The notes beneath the pieces are model-generated. The model did not search any database and had not been told where the DNA came from. It worked only from the letters and a program-made list of their open reading frames with translations. DNA of 64,000 nucleotides, taken from contig JAGVPG010000009.1 of the NCBI GenBank assembly GCA_020052375.1, positions 30,192-94,191 on the forward strand. Direction: 5' to 3'. Below, one piece after another: positions 26,486 to 35,998 of this stretch. Positions within the stretch are counted from its first letter, which is position 1, and the number at the start of each line of letters is the position of its first letter. A program made the translations under genes and the position numbers. The stretch comes from Actinomycetota bacterium. Its GTDB lineage: Bacteria; Actinomycetota; JAHEXW01; JAGVPG01.

Positions 26486-27586
26486 ATGGCTGAAGTGTAT
26501 TTTGCAGGGATGAGGGCATCGCACGGGACAAGCATGCTGGACAAAGTAGCTGATCTGTTCGATAAGACAGGTTTTACCACTTTTATCGGCGATGACGAAT
26601 TCATCGCGCTAAAGGTGCATTTCGGTGAACGCATGAACACGGCTTTTCTATCACCGATATATATTAGGGAGATCGTCAAGAAGGTCAAAGCTGCGGGCGG
26701 CAGGCCTTTCCTGACAGACGCCAACACATTATATGTCGGTGGGCGGTCGAACGCGGTGGACCATACGGTTACGGCTATAAGAAACGGTTTCGGATATGCG
26801 ACAGTCGAAGCACCGATCATCATCGCGGACGGCCTTAACGGCAAGGAATATGTTGAGGTTGATGTCGGTCTAAAGCACTTTGAGAAGGTGAAGATCGCAA
26901 GTGCCGCCTACCACGCGGACGGTATGATCGCAGTGTCACATTTCAAAGGACATGAGGTAACGGGGTTCGGCGGAGCGATCAAGAATATAGGTATGGGGCT
27001 CGGCTGCCGGAGCGGCAAACAGATGATGCACGCGGACGTGCACCCGACAATAGACGATGAGAAATGTATTACTTGCGAAAAATGCACCGAATGGTGCGCC
27101 AGCCATGCTTTGAAGCTTGTCGGCGAGCGGATCGAGATCGACTATGACAAATGTGTCGGTTGCGGCGAGTGTATTGTTACGTGCCCGCAGCAAGCGATGG
27201 CTATCAGTTGGGACTCACCTGTCGAGAAAGTGCAGGAACGCATAGTCGAATACGCTTACGGCGCTGTGAAAGATAAAAAAGGAAAATGCGCTTTCTTAAA
27301 CTTCATGATAAATATAACCCCGGACTGTGACTGCTGGCCCTACTCCGACGCCGCATTTGTAGCCGACGTCGGCATCGCGGCCTCGCTGGATCCGGTGGCT
27401 CTCGATACGGCTTGTGCTGATCTTGTAAACAAAGCGCAGGCCATCGATAATACCGCATTGGCAGAAAAGAGCGCGCCTGACAAGTTCAGGGCGATCCATC
27501 CGGCTGTAGACTGGGACGCTCAATTGAGGTACGCGGAAGAAGTAGGTCTCGGGTCCCGCGAATATACACTGGTCGATATCGACTAA
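26486..27586 (+). CDS. DUF362 domain protein with embedded 2x[4Fe-4S] ferredoxin motif
   Basis: CITCEKCTEWC and CVGCGECIVTCP inside a DUF362-like body (FLTDANTLY..., DCDCWPYSD). Confidence 0.6.
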   Translation: MAEVYFAGMRASHGTSMLDKVADLFDKTGFTTFIGDDEFIALKVHFGERMNTAFLSPIYIREIVKKVKAAGGRPFLTDANTLYVGGRSNAVDHTVTAIRNGFGYATVEAPIIIADGLNGKEYVEVDVGLKHFEKVKIASAAYHADGMIAVSHFKGHEVTGFGGAIKNIGMGLGCRSGKQMMHADVHPTIDDEKCITCEKCTEWCASHALKLVGERIEIDYDKCVGCGECIVTCPQQAMAISWDSPVEKVQERIVEYAYGAVKDKKGKCAFLNFMINITPDCDCWPYSDAAFVADVGIAASLDPVALDTACADLVNKAQAIDNTALAEKSAPDKFRAIHPAVDWDAQLRYAEEVGLGSREYTLVDID

Positions 27587-27620
27587 TCCCCCTGCCACGT
27601 ACTTGACTTGCGGCGGAAAA

Positions 27621-27661
27621 GGTTTATTATAAGTTTGCCTAAAGTTTATTATAAGTTTGCC
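27621..27661 (+). promoter_or_regulatory. direct repeat 2 x GTTTATTATAAGTTTGCC (3-nt spacer) upstream of the peptidoglycan hydrolase gene
   Basis: Read directly. Period 21 nt. Followed by a ~50-nt polypurine tract. Confidence 0.5.
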
Positions 27662-27721
27662 GACAAATATAAGGCGTCGGAAAGCGGAAAGCGGAAAAAG
27701 GAAAGAGAGAAAGAGGGAAGA

Positions 27722-28609
27722 GTGTCACAGATAACGTTCTCAGGACGTTGGAACAGAAAAGACTATGAAGTACACGTCGGGCGCAAACGGGGGAAGCACC
27801 GCCGGGTTCGCTACGACCTGTCGTTCAAACAGGCATCATTGACGGCTATGATCTCCATAGCTGCAATAACCGCGCTCCTTATATCAAGCGCTTTCGCAAA
27901 CTCGATGGTACAAAAAGCGGCTGTCGAGGAATCAAATCAAGAAGCCCTGGCCCCGACCTATTCCGATGCCGATTGGGCAGTCGCGCCGGAAGACGCGACT
28001 TCGGACAACCCGAACGCGACCAGCGAATATGAAGCTGCATGGGCCGCGCGAGTACACGAACTTTCCGTGCAACAACAGGAAGAGATGGCTAGGAAGAAGG
28101 CGGAAGAGGAGAGGGCAAGGCAGGAAGCTCTTCGCCAGGCTCAGCAAGCACAAGCGCTGGCACAGATGACGAACCGCAACCGTAATCAGGCTCCATCGAA
28201 CAGTAGTCTGACAGGCGCATCAGATGTCAAGATGGCCATTACGATAGACTCATATCTGCAGGAAAAAGGCTCACCGATGACCGGTTTCGGCGCGACTTTC
28301 GTCAGCGCCGGCAAGATATTCGGTGTCGATCCGTATCTTGTAGTCGCGATCGCCGGGAAGGAAAGCTCCTGGGGCAAGGACTGTTTCAAGCCGTATAACG
28401 CCTGGGGGTGGGGTGATTCGTCATGGACGGATTGGACGGATGCCATTAATAACTATACCCGTTCTCTGAGCGAGGAATATATATCAAAGGGGATCACGAC
28501 GATACCCAGGATAGCTCCCATCTATTGCCCGCCGAACTATGTATCGTGGGCTAATGATGTGACTTTATTCCATACCGAACTGACCACGTTGGAGCAGACT
28601 GTAAGATAG
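27722..28609 (+). CDS. membrane-anchored glucosaminidase-like peptidoglycan hydrolase
   Basis: TM (MISIAAITALLISSAFA), Q/A/E-rich coiled region, C-terminal VAIAGKESSWGKDCFKPYNAWGWG glucosaminidase-like motif. Start ambiguous: GTG 27722, ATG 27848, or the track start 27608. Confidence 0.55.
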   Translation: MSQITFSGRWNRKDYEVHVGRKRGKHRRVRYDLSFKQASLTAMISIAAITALLISSAFANSMVQKAAVEESNQEALAPTYSDADWAVAPEDATSDNPNATSEYEAAWAARVHELSVQQQEEMARKKAEEERARQEALRQAQQAQALAQMTNRNRNQAPSNSSLTGASDVKMAITIDSYLQEKGSPMTGFGATFVSAGKIFGVDPYLVVAIAGKESSWGKDCFKPYNAWGWGDSSWTDWTDAINNYTRSLSEEYISKGITTIPRIAPIYCPPNYVSWANDVTLFHTELTTLEQTVR

Positions 28610-28612
28610 ACA

Positions 28613-29470
28613 ATGGCTACACAAAGCGGCCGTCTGCTCATATGTGCCACTCCGATCGGTAATCTCGAAGATATAACTCTCCGCGCTCTGCGGATCCTTA
28701 GAGAAGTGGACGTGATCGCCGCGGAAGATACGCGTGTCACGCGCAAGCTCCTTTCCTTCTATGACATAAAGACGCATCTTATAAGTTATTACCGGCACAA
28801 CGAGGCTCGCCGCATACCGGAGTTGATAAGCAGGTTAAAAGAAGGCCAGACAGTCGCCCTGGTTTCTGATGCGGGCATGCCCGGCGTGTCCGACCCGGGT
28901 GCCTTGATCATCAAAGAAGCCCTGGAAGAAGACATCCCGATCGAGATCATCCCCGGCGCGTCCGCGCTTCTTAGTGCTCTTGTCATATCCGGATTGAGGA
29001 CCGACAGCTTTTCCTTCCACGGCTTTCTACCCCGCAAGAAAGCGGATAGAAAGCGTGTTTTGAAAAGACTATCCGCAGCCCGGGAAACGCTCATCTTCTA
29101 TGAGGCCCCGCACCGGATCGAGAAGACGCTCGAGGATCTATGCACCGAGATGAGTGGGCGCGGGATCGCTCTAGCCAGGGAACTGACGAAGAAGTTCGAG
29201 GAGATCAGGCGCGGCACAGTGGAAGAAGTCTTGGACTCTGTGCAAAAGAGACCGGTAAAGGGCGAGATCGTGCTGGTCGTCGAGGGTGCTGGAAACGTTC
29301 CTGTTTCCGTCTCGGACGATGAGATAACCGCCAGGCTGAATAGTCTGGCGGCAGCGGGTGTAGATAAGAAAGACGCCGTCCGATCGGTCGTGGAAGAGCT
29401 TGAAGTCAGCAAACGGCGGGTATACGGACTGGCTGAAAAAGCAGGCCTTAAGAGGACCCCTGCTTCTTGA
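28613..29470 (+). CDS. rsmI: 16S rRNA (cytidine1402-2'-O)-methyltransferase
   Basis: LLICATPIGNLEDITLRALRILREVDVIAAEDTRVTRKLL and tetrapyrrole-methylase fold motifs. Confidence 0.85.
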   Translation: MATQSGRLLICATPIGNLEDITLRALRILREVDVIAAEDTRVTRKLLSFYDIKTHLISYYRHNEARRIPELISRLKEGQTVALVSDAGMPGVSDPGALIIKEALEEDIPIEIIPGASALLSALVISGLRTDSFSFHGFLPRKKADRKRVLKRLSAARETLIFYEAPHRIEKTLEDLCTEMSGRGIALARELTKKFEEIRRGTVEEVLDSVQKRPVKGEIVLVVEGAGNVPVSVSDDEITARLNSLAAAGVDKKDAVRSVVEELEVSKRRVYGLAEKAGLKRTPAS

Positions 29471-29699
29471 GATCGGCCAGGCATTTACCGCAGATCTGCT
29501 TTTCCTTATGCTCGGACAGGTTGTCCATGCTGTTACAGAAGACACATGTCGGTTCGTGCTTCTGGAGGACTATCCGGTCGCTGTCCACAAAGATCTCAAG
29601 TTCGTCATTGGAGGATATACCGAAGATCCGGCGGAGTTCCATCGGGATGACTATGCGGCCGAGGTCGTCCATTTTCCGGATGATGCCAGTCGATTTCAA
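29448..29699 (-). CDS. abrB: AbrB-type transition-state regulator with non-canonical Cys-rich C-terminus
   Basis: N-terminal MKSTGIIRKMDDLGRIVIPMELRRIFGI is near-identical to the Bacillus AbrB swapped-hairpin domain. Sits between rsmI and metG as in Bacillus. C-terminus is TCVFCNS...ICGKC. Confidence 0.75.
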   Translation of the reverse strand: MKSTGIIRKMDDLGRIVIPMELRRIFGISSNDELEIFVDSDRIVLQKHEPTCVFCNSMDNLSEHKEKQICGKCLADLKKQGSS

Positions 29700-29722
29700 A
29701 ATCTCTCCTTATCTTATAGAGG

Positions 29723-29752
29723 TTGACACTATTTGAGTTAAAATTATATGGT
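29723..29752 (+). promoter_or_regulatory. sigma70-like promoter candidate upstream of metG
   Basis: TTGACA (29723-29728), ~17-nt spacer, TATATG-like -10. Confidence 0.35.
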
Positions 29753-29806
29753 TGTAACTGCAAAAGGTCAAGGCGACCTGCGTAAGGTCTGACAACAAGG
29801 AGATCT

Positions 29807-31330
29807 TTGGATAAGTTCTATGTGACGACACCCATTTACTATGTCAATGACGTACCCCATATCGGGCACAGCTATACGACGATAGCTGCGGATGTTTTGG
29901 CGCGATACCACCGGTTAAAAGGAGAAGATGTTTTTTTCCTTACGGGTACGGACGAACACGGAGCGAAAGTGGCTCAATCCGCCAAGGCGGTCGGGAAGAC
30001 ACCTCTCGAATTCTGCGACGAAGTCTCCCGGAAGTTTCGTGAGACATGGCAGTTATTGAACGTAAAGAACGACGAATTCATAAGGACTACGGCCGGTTTT
30101 CACGAAAAAGCAGTCCAGAAGATACTGGATATCTTGAATGACCAGGGACTGATATATAAAGGTGAATATACCGGTCTCTACTGCGTGGGTTGCGAGCACT
30201 ATTACACGCCCGGCGAGCTTGTCGACGGCAAGTGCCCCCTTCATATGAAGACCGCCGAGATGGTATCCGAAGAGACTTACTTTTTCAAGCTCGGCGATTT
30301 CCAGGAAAGACTGCTCGAGGTCATCAAGAGCGGCCGTATGGTCATAGAACCGGAAGAGAGACAGAACGAGGTGGTGTCGTTTCTCGAGAAAGAGAAGCTG
30401 ACGGACCTCGCGATATCCAGAAGCAAGGTGGAGTGGGGTGTCAAGATCCCCTTTGATCCTTCCCACACGACGTACGTATGGGTGGATGCGTTAAGCAACT
30501 ATCTGACAGGTATCGGATGGCCTGAAAATATGAAGAAGTTCAATAGGTACTGGCCGGCTGATGTACAGCTGATGGCGAAGGACATCTTACGGGTACACGC
30601 GACGATATGGCCGGCTCTGTTGATGGCTCTTGAGATCGATCCGCCGAAACGCCTTGTCATCCACGGCTACTTCACCGTTAACGGTCACAAGATGAGCAAG
30701 AGCTTAGGCAATGTGATCGATCCGGCATCGCTTTCAGGGACTTATACGGTGGATGGGCTCCGCTATTTCATATTAAGGGAGTTCTCGTTCGGCCAGGACG
30801 GTGATTTTTCAATCCCCCGCCTGCACGAACGATACAATAAGGACCTGGCGAACGACCTCGGCAATCTGGCCAGCCGCGTGCTTGCGATGGTCGAGAGGTA
30901 CAACGATGGCGCCGTTCCCGAGCCGGGACCGGATGAGGAAGCGGATAAAAAACTGAAACAGGTAGTCCTAGATGCATTTTCAAAAGTGGACGATCAGCTT
31001 AAAAGAGTCAGTTTCAACGAAGCATTGGCATCGATATGGGTGGCCGTCAACGAAGTCAACAGGTATGTCGATAGCACCGCACCCTGGGTTTTGTCCAAGG
31101 AGGGAAAGACGCAACGCTTGAACACCGTCCTTTATGACGCGCTGGAATCTCTACGTCTTATCTCGCTCCTGATCTATCCGTTCATGCCGTCGACCGCCGG
31201 TAAGTTGTACTCCCAACTTGGATTCGAGGCGGATATCGAGAAAACGGATCTTAAGAAAGCCGCCGTTTGGGGCTTGATGGATAGAAATGCCAAGGTCAGA
31301 AAGGGAGACGCGCTCTTTCCCCGCCTATAA
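29807..31330 (+). CDS. metG: methionine--tRNA ligase (short form)
   Basis: HIGH motif PHIGHSYT and KMSKS, plus the Zn knuckle CPLH...C. Confidence 0.9.
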   Translation: MDKFYVTTPIYYVNDVPHIGHSYTTIAADVLARYHRLKGEDVFFLTGTDEHGAKVAQSAKAVGKTPLEFCDEVSRKFRETWQLLNVKNDEFIRTTAGFHEKAVQKILDILNDQGLIYKGEYTGLYCVGCEHYYTPGELVDGKCPLHMKTAEMVSEETYFFKLGDFQERLLEVIKSGRMVIEPEERQNEVVSFLEKEKLTDLAISRSKVEWGVKIPFDPSHTTYVWVDALSNYLTGIGWPENMKKFNRYWPADVQLMAKDILRVHATIWPALLMALEIDPPKRLVIHGYFTVNGHKMSKSLGNVIDPASLSGTYTVDGLRYFILREFSFGQDGDFSIPRLHERYNKDLANDLGNLASRVLAMVERYNDGAVPEPGPDEEADKKLKQVVLDAFSKVDDQLKRVSFNEALASIWVAVNEVNRYVDSTAPWVLSKEGKTQRLNTVLYDALESLRLISLLIYPFMPSTAGKLYSQLGFEADIEKTDLKKAAVWGLMDRNAKVRKGDALFPRL

Positions 31331-31447
31331 AACTTGCAATATCTGTAACGTATGAAGTAAAATGTAAAATCTCACGCCCAAAAACCTTTACTATTTAAAG
31401 TCGCCGAAAGGTCAAGACGGCTTTTTGTCATCTTAAGAGGGGGTTTA

Positions 31448-32068
31448 GTGAGAGTCAGAACGGAAAGATATATACTGTCGCTGTTCCTATTGCCTGTAGC
31501 GTTGATGTCATTATCTTTTTTTGGCGGGTACAAGGAAGTGGAACTGATCGTAGACGGAAGCAGCCGGACAGTTTGGACGTCAGCTCCAGATGTCGGGCAA
31601 ATGCTGCATGAGAACGCCGTTATAACCACGCCGGATGACAAGATCGGCCCATCATCCGACGCGACCATCCAGGACGGTATGAAGGTCGAGGTGGCGCATG
31701 CGCGTTGTCCGGTCTTATCGACAAGCATAGATAACACCGCATTCGATGATCCCGAAGCCTTTCAGAACAGCGACATGGTCTCGGCGCTGAGAGAGTGCGA
31801 GGCAAGGAAGAAAGCCGAGGAAGAAGCCGCCCATTACGGCAAGGCTTCATGGTATGAGTTTACCGGTGGGATGAGGGCTGCCCATAATACATTGCCCATA
31901 GGTACCAGTGTAAGAGTCACTAATCTGCAGAGTGGACGCAGCATCATCGTAGAGATCAACGACAGGGGCATCTACACCGACGCTATAATCGATCTGGATC
32001 TGGCGGCCTTCCGTGAACTGGCGGATCCGGGCCAAGGAGTGATCCCTGTACGTCTTGATTGGGAATAA
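31448..32068 (+). CDS. RlpA-like double-psi beta-barrel (DPBB) domain protein
   Basis: C-terminal [43 protein letters not shown]; N-terminal TM/signal. Confidence 0.7.
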   Translation: MRVRTERYILSLFLLPVALMSLSFFGGYKEVELIVDGSSRTVWTSAPDVGQMLHENAVITTPDDKIGPSSDATIQDGMKVEVAHARCPVLSTSIDNTAFDDPEAFQNSDMVSALRECEARKKAEEEAAHYGKASWYEFTGGMRAAHNTLPIGTSVRVTNLQSGRSIIVEINDRGIYTDAIIDLDLAAFRELADPGQGVIPVRLDWE

Positions 32069-32969
32069 AAGCAAGACTCAAAAGATAAAAAGAACGAACA
32101 TCCTACAGCAAGCGGTCATCCTCATGATCGCTCTTCTTTTGGTATCCGTTAGTCTGGTCATCCCGGAAAAGCATGTTCTGGCCCAATCGGAATCCGAGGT
32201 CAAGTCTGAGATCGAAGGTATAGACCGCAAGCTTGAGGAAGCGACGAGTCAGTATGACAGCTTGATCGCCGATATCGCAGCGGTCGACAGAGAGATATCG
32301 GGGATCGACACCGAGCGCGACGACTTAAACAGGCAATTGGTGGAGTTGTCGGATACGATCAATAAACGTCTGGCCGATGTCTACAAATACGGCGACGTCA
32401 GCATGTTCGAGGTGCTTGTCGGCAGCAAGACAGTCGAAGACCTGACCGACCGTCTTGCTCTTCTACGGCGGATCACATATCAAGATTTCCAGCTGCTTGA
32501 AAGCGTCAAGCAAAAACGGGTGCTGCTTGATGCGAAAGCGGATGAGCTCAAAGCGAAGAGGCAGGAAAGAAACCGCCTTCTGGCGGACCTTGAAGCTCAA
32601 AAGCTGAGCATACAGCTGGATCTAAAAGACCGGACGAACACGCTCGAGAATATCCAGGCGAACTCGTCATCGTCTGACCAGGCGTCCGATTCCGCCTCGA
32701 CCCCGGTCCAGCGGCCTAATCTCACGCGAAGCGAGCAAGGGATCGCTACCTGGTATGAGTTTACGGGCGGTATGACAGCCGCTCATAATTCACTACCGCT
32801 CGGCACGATGGTAAGGGTGACAAGTCTTAGAGACGGTCGCGAAGTCTGGGTGGAGATCGTGGACCGCGGTATTCAGGGCTCGGCCATAATCGATCTCGAA
32901 CGCGCAGCTTTCGCCAGGATAGGGGACCCGGATTTTGACGGCATCTGTCCGGTGCTTGTGGAATGGTAA
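32055..32969 (+). CDS. RlpA-like DPBB domain protein with coiled-coil region (paralog of preceding gene)
   Basis: C-terminal [44 protein letters not shown]; central heptad-rich coiled coil. Confidence 0.7.
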   Translation: MIGNKSKTQKIKRTNILQQAVILMIALLLVSVSLVIPEKHVLAQSESEVKSEIEGIDRKLEEATSQYDSLIADIAAVDREISGIDTERDDLNRQLVELSDTINKRLADVYKYGDVSMFEVLVGSKTVEDLTDRLALLRRITYQDFQLLESVKQKRVLLDAKADELKAKRQERNRLLADLEAQKLSIQLDLKDRTNTLENIQANSSSSDQASDSASTPVQRPNLTRSEQGIATWYEFTGGMTAAHNSLPLGTMVRVTSLRDGREVWVEIVDRGIQGSAIIDLERAAFARIGDPDFDGICPVLVEW

Positions 32970-32971
32970 AA

Positions 32972-33006
32972 GAGCTGGTAGCTAGTAGCTTGTAGCTTGT
33001 AGTGGG
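32972..33006 (+). repeat. heptamer repeat family D (TAGCWWG)n
   Basis: GGTAGCTAGTAGCTTGTAGCTTGTAGTGGGTAGG. Related runs at 14941-14975, 18493-18512, 53321-53336 and 61207-61236. Confidence 0.55.
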
Positions 33007-33022
33007 TAGGAAGCGGGTAATT

Positions 33023-33898
33023 GTGACAAGAGAGAAGATCGTACATCCGTCCATAACGAAAGAGATACTTAGAAGATATGATATCAGGCTTACCAAACGG
33101 TTCGGGCAGCATTTCCTTATAGACGAGAATATCCTTAACAAAGAAGTGCAGTCGGCCGGGATCGGTAGTGAAGACCTGGTGATCGAGGTCGGTGCGGGTA
33201 TAGGCACACTCACCCAGGCACTGGCGGAAAAGGCCGGTAAGGTGATCGCCGTCGAATACGATACCCGCTTCTTCGACGTCCTTAAAGATACACTCTCCGG
33301 CTACGATAATGTCGAGATCGTACGTGCCGATGCGCTTGAAGTCGATTTCGACCGTCTGATCAAAGACAAAGACACGGCATTGTTCGTGGCGAACCTTCCC
33401 TACAATATAGCAACGCAAGTCATCAGTATCCTTTTAGAACAGACAAAGAAGATCAAGTCGATGGTAGTCATGGTCCAGAAAGAGGTGGCTGACAGGATAA
33501 CGGCCTCTCCGGGGACGAAAGAATACGGATTCTTTACGATAAGGACGGCGTTTTTCGCGGATGTCTCGCATATCTCAGTCGTTCCAAGAACGGTCTTTTT
33601 CCCTCCGCCCAATGTGGATTCCAGCATCTTAAGGGTAGTCAGGAAACCTGATATTCACGATATAACAAGTATAAAAGATGACCTTTTCGGCTTTATAAAG
33701 ATCTTCTTCAATGAACGGAGGAAGACAATGGGGGCGGTCATATCCCGGCGCTTCAAAGACATCTACGGAGAAGAAAACCGGCAAAGAGTGACGCAAGAAC
33801 TCACGTCTTTGGGGTTGGAAAGATCGGTCCGGGCGGAGGCCCTAACATATGAACAGTTTTTCAGACTATTCTGTTCGTTACGGTTGCGACAAACTTGA
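33023..33898 (+). CDS. rsmA: 16S rRNA (adenine1518/1519-N6)-dimethyltransferase
   Basis: TKEILRRYDIRLTKRFGQHFLID, VIEVGAGIGTLT, NLPYNI. Start chosen at GTG 33023 by alignment to KsgA N-termini; the track ORF opens at 33002 inside the heptamer repeats. Confidence 0.85.
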   Translation: MTREKIVHPSITKEILRRYDIRLTKRFGQHFLIDENILNKEVQSAGIGSEDLVIEVGAGIGTLTQALAEKAGKVIAVEYDTRFFDVLKDTLSGYDNVEIVRADALEVDFDRLIKDKDTALFVANLPYNIATQVISILLEQTKKIKSMVVMVQKEVADRITASPGTKEYGFFTIRTAFFADVSHISVVPRTVFFPPPNVDSSILRVVRKPDIHDITSIKDDLFGFIKIFFNERRKTMGAVISRRFKDIYGEENRQRVTQELTSLGLERSVRAEALTYEQFFRLFCSLRLRQT

Positions 33899-33958
33899 CA
33901 AGGCAGCTGATTATGGTATAATTTATCGAAGTTAAGTTTAATAAGGGAAAGGATTCTT

Positions 33959-34252
33959 GTGGCCGTATCAACGCTCCCTCAGCAAGAAGCTATGATCCGG
34001 ATCAAGCACGAATTATCCGAGTACCTTGGCAAGCAGCTTAAGTTGAGTACCGTTAAGAGCCGTGGAGTACTCTGGGAATGTGAAGGAACCCTCGAAGAGA
34101 TATATCCCAATCTGTTTGTCCTCGATGTCGAAGAGAACGATGAGCCCAGGAAGATCTCTTACAGCTATGCGGATATCCTTACTAAAACGATCAAGCTCGT
34201 CTGCTGTGACACGGGTGAAAGCGTCTTTCCCTGGTTGCCGGATCGCTACTAG
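33959..34252 (+). CDS. veg: Veg-family protein
   Basis: IKHELSEYLGKQLKLSTVKSRGVLWECEGTLEEIYPNLFVLDVEENDEPRKISYSYADILT matches Bacillus Veg. Confidence 0.7.
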   Translation: MAVSTLPQQEAMIRIKHELSEYLGKQLKLSTVKSRGVLWECEGTLEEIYPNLFVLDVEENDEPRKISYSYADILTKTIKLVCCDTGESVFPWLPDRY

Positions 34253-34272
34253 CTTCCCTAAAACGATGACTT

Positions 34273-35151
34273 TTGCTTAAAATCAATGCCTGCGCGAAGA
34301 TAAACCTGTTTCTTGATGTGCTGGATCGCCGTGCTGACGGTTATCATGATATCCGGACGGTCATCCAGAGCGTGTCCCTTTGCGACCGGCTTTCCTTCAA
34401 TGTGACCTGCGGGAAGAGTAGCGTCCTATATGACGAGTTCCCGGGTAAGGATAAAGAGGATGATCTTGTATATAAAGCGTGGAAGGTCGTAAGGGAGCGG
34501 AGCGATAAGGTCGAAAACATCTTGATCGACGTCAAGAAGAGTATTCCCGTGGCTGCGGGGCTCGGAGGCGGGAGCGCCGATGCGGCGGGTACTCTGGTGG
34601 GACTCAACAGCAATTGCCGTTTATCCCTGTCAGACAAACAACTTCGTTCGATGGCCGCAGATTTAGGGGCTGACGTGCCGTTTTTTTTAAAAGGGGGCAC
34701 ATACCTGGCTGAGGCGATAGGTACCGAATTGAAGGAGCTTCCGCCAATGCCCGAGTGTTTTGTCGTTATCATGGACCCGGGGGTGGAGGTCTCCACCACC
34801 TGGGCGTATAAGGCCTTCGATGAGGTACACTGGAAAGATCCGAAGCCAAAGCAGGATATCTCCGGTCTGCTGCACGCACTGAAAGAGGGCGACTATAAAA
34901 AGGTCTGCGCGTCTCTTTATAACGCTTTCGAGGATATGGTCTTTGACAAATATCCACAGGTCGGACAGCTAAAAACGATAGCTATGGAGAATGGCGCGGA
35001 TGCCGCGTTGATGTCGGGAAGCGGACCGGCGGTCTTCGCGCTGGCGTTGTCGGAGAGCCAGGCGGAGCGGATAAAGAAAAAAGTCAGCGGTTTAGTGAAA
35101 GACGCATATTTATGCCGCACTTGCCAAAGCGGATTAGAGATTGTAGAGTAA
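34273..35151 (+). CDS. ispE: 4-diphosphocytidyl-2-C-methyl-D-erythritol kinase
   Basis: AKINLFLDVLDRRADGYHDI, PVAAGLGGGSADAAGTL (GHMP kinase). Confidence 0.85.
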   Translation: MLKINACAKINLFLDVLDRRADGYHDIRTVIQSVSLCDRLSFNVTCGKSSVLYDEFPGKDKEDDLVYKAWKVVRERSDKVENILIDVKKSIPVAAGLGGGSADAAGTLVGLNSNCRLSLSDKQLRSMAADLGADVPFFLKGGTYLAEAIGTELKELPPMPECFVVIMDPGVEVSTTWAYKAFDEVHWKDPKPKQDISGLLHALKEGDYKKVCASLYNAFEDMVFDKYPQVGQLKTIAMENGADAALMSGSGPAVFALALSESQAERIKKKVSGLVKDAYLCRTCQSGLEIVE

Positions 35152-35167
35152 TTGACGTAAAGCTGCA

Positions 35168-35977
35168 TTGAGCAAATCAGGTGGTAGTTTAGTGGATGCG
35201 ATAATTCTTGGTGGAGGAACCCTCAAGGGACTTCAGCATAACGGCACGTCCAGCAAGGCACTCATCCAGATAGAAAACAAACCGATGGTAGAGTACCTCA
35301 TAGACACACTGCACGAGACCTCGTTCATCTCAAAGATCGTCGCTATCGTCCCCTTGAGCGCCCAGTATGAGAACTGGGCTCCGAAAGTCCATAAGGTATT
35401 GAATGCGGACGATTCATTTATCGAGAACGTACGCTCAGGCCTTGAGTATCTCGAGAACGTTCCGGGGGGTTGTTCGGATCGCGTGATGGTGGCATCCTGT
35501 GACATACCGTTGATAACGGCGAAAGTAGTCGAGGATTTCGTCGATCTTTGCAGTACGATAGACGCCGAGATAATCTATCCGATAATCCCGAGAGATGTTG
35601 TCGAGCGACGTTATCCGGAGACGAAAAGGACCTATGCCAAGATGAAAGAAGGGTATTTTACCGGCGGAAACATAATGCTTGTACGTCCGAGCGCCGTATT
35701 GAAGAACTACGAACTGGTTAAGAAGGCATATGCGCTTAGGAAGAGTCCGCTAAAACTCTCGCGGGAACTTGGACCGAAGTTTATAATGAAGTTTCTGACA
35801 AACAGCTTGAGCGTCACGGAAGCGGAAGAAAGAGTCGGAGAGCTGCTCAACGCCAAGAGTAGAGCGGTCATCATACCGCATCCGGAGATAGGCATAGACG
35901 TCGACAAAGTGGAAGACCTAGAACTCATACAGAAGATCTTAAGGACACCTGGCCGGAGGTCAAAGAGTCCCAACTAG
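35168..35977 (+). CDS. MobA-like nucleotidyltransferase family protein
   Basis: AIILGGGTLKGL...KALIQIENKPMVEYLIDTL resembles the NTP_transf_3 glycine-rich loop. Confidence 0.5.
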   Translation: MSKSGGSLVDAIILGGGTLKGLQHNGTSSKALIQIENKPMVEYLIDTLHETSFISKIVAIVPLSAQYENWAPKVHKVLNADDSFIENVRSGLEYLENVPGGCSDRVMVASCDIPLITAKVVEDFVDLCSTIDAEIIYPIIPRDVVERRYPETKRTYAKMKEGYFTGGNIMLVRPSAVLKNYELVKKAYALRKSPLKLSRELGPKFIMKFLTNSLSVTEAEERVGELLNAKSRAVIIPHPEIGIDVDKVEDLELIQKILRTPGRRSKSPN

Positions 35978-35998
35978 CACAAGAAGGGGTGGAAGAGG

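Noticed and set aside
25803-26531. 242-aa Pro/Ser/Ala-rich minus-strand ORF
   Set aside because: It is antisense to the well-supported ROK gene, low-complexity, and has no start context.
27608-27721. ORF-track 5' extension of the glucosaminidase gene across the direct repeats and polypurine tract
   Set aside because: It covers obvious non-coding repeat sequence. A GTG at 27722 with an upstream purine-rich RBS, or the ATG at 27848, is a more plausible start.
29700-29806. Possible T-box leader upstream of metG
   Set aside because: Only ~105 nt are available, and no specifier or antiterminator T-box motif is visible. Called a simple promoter region instead.
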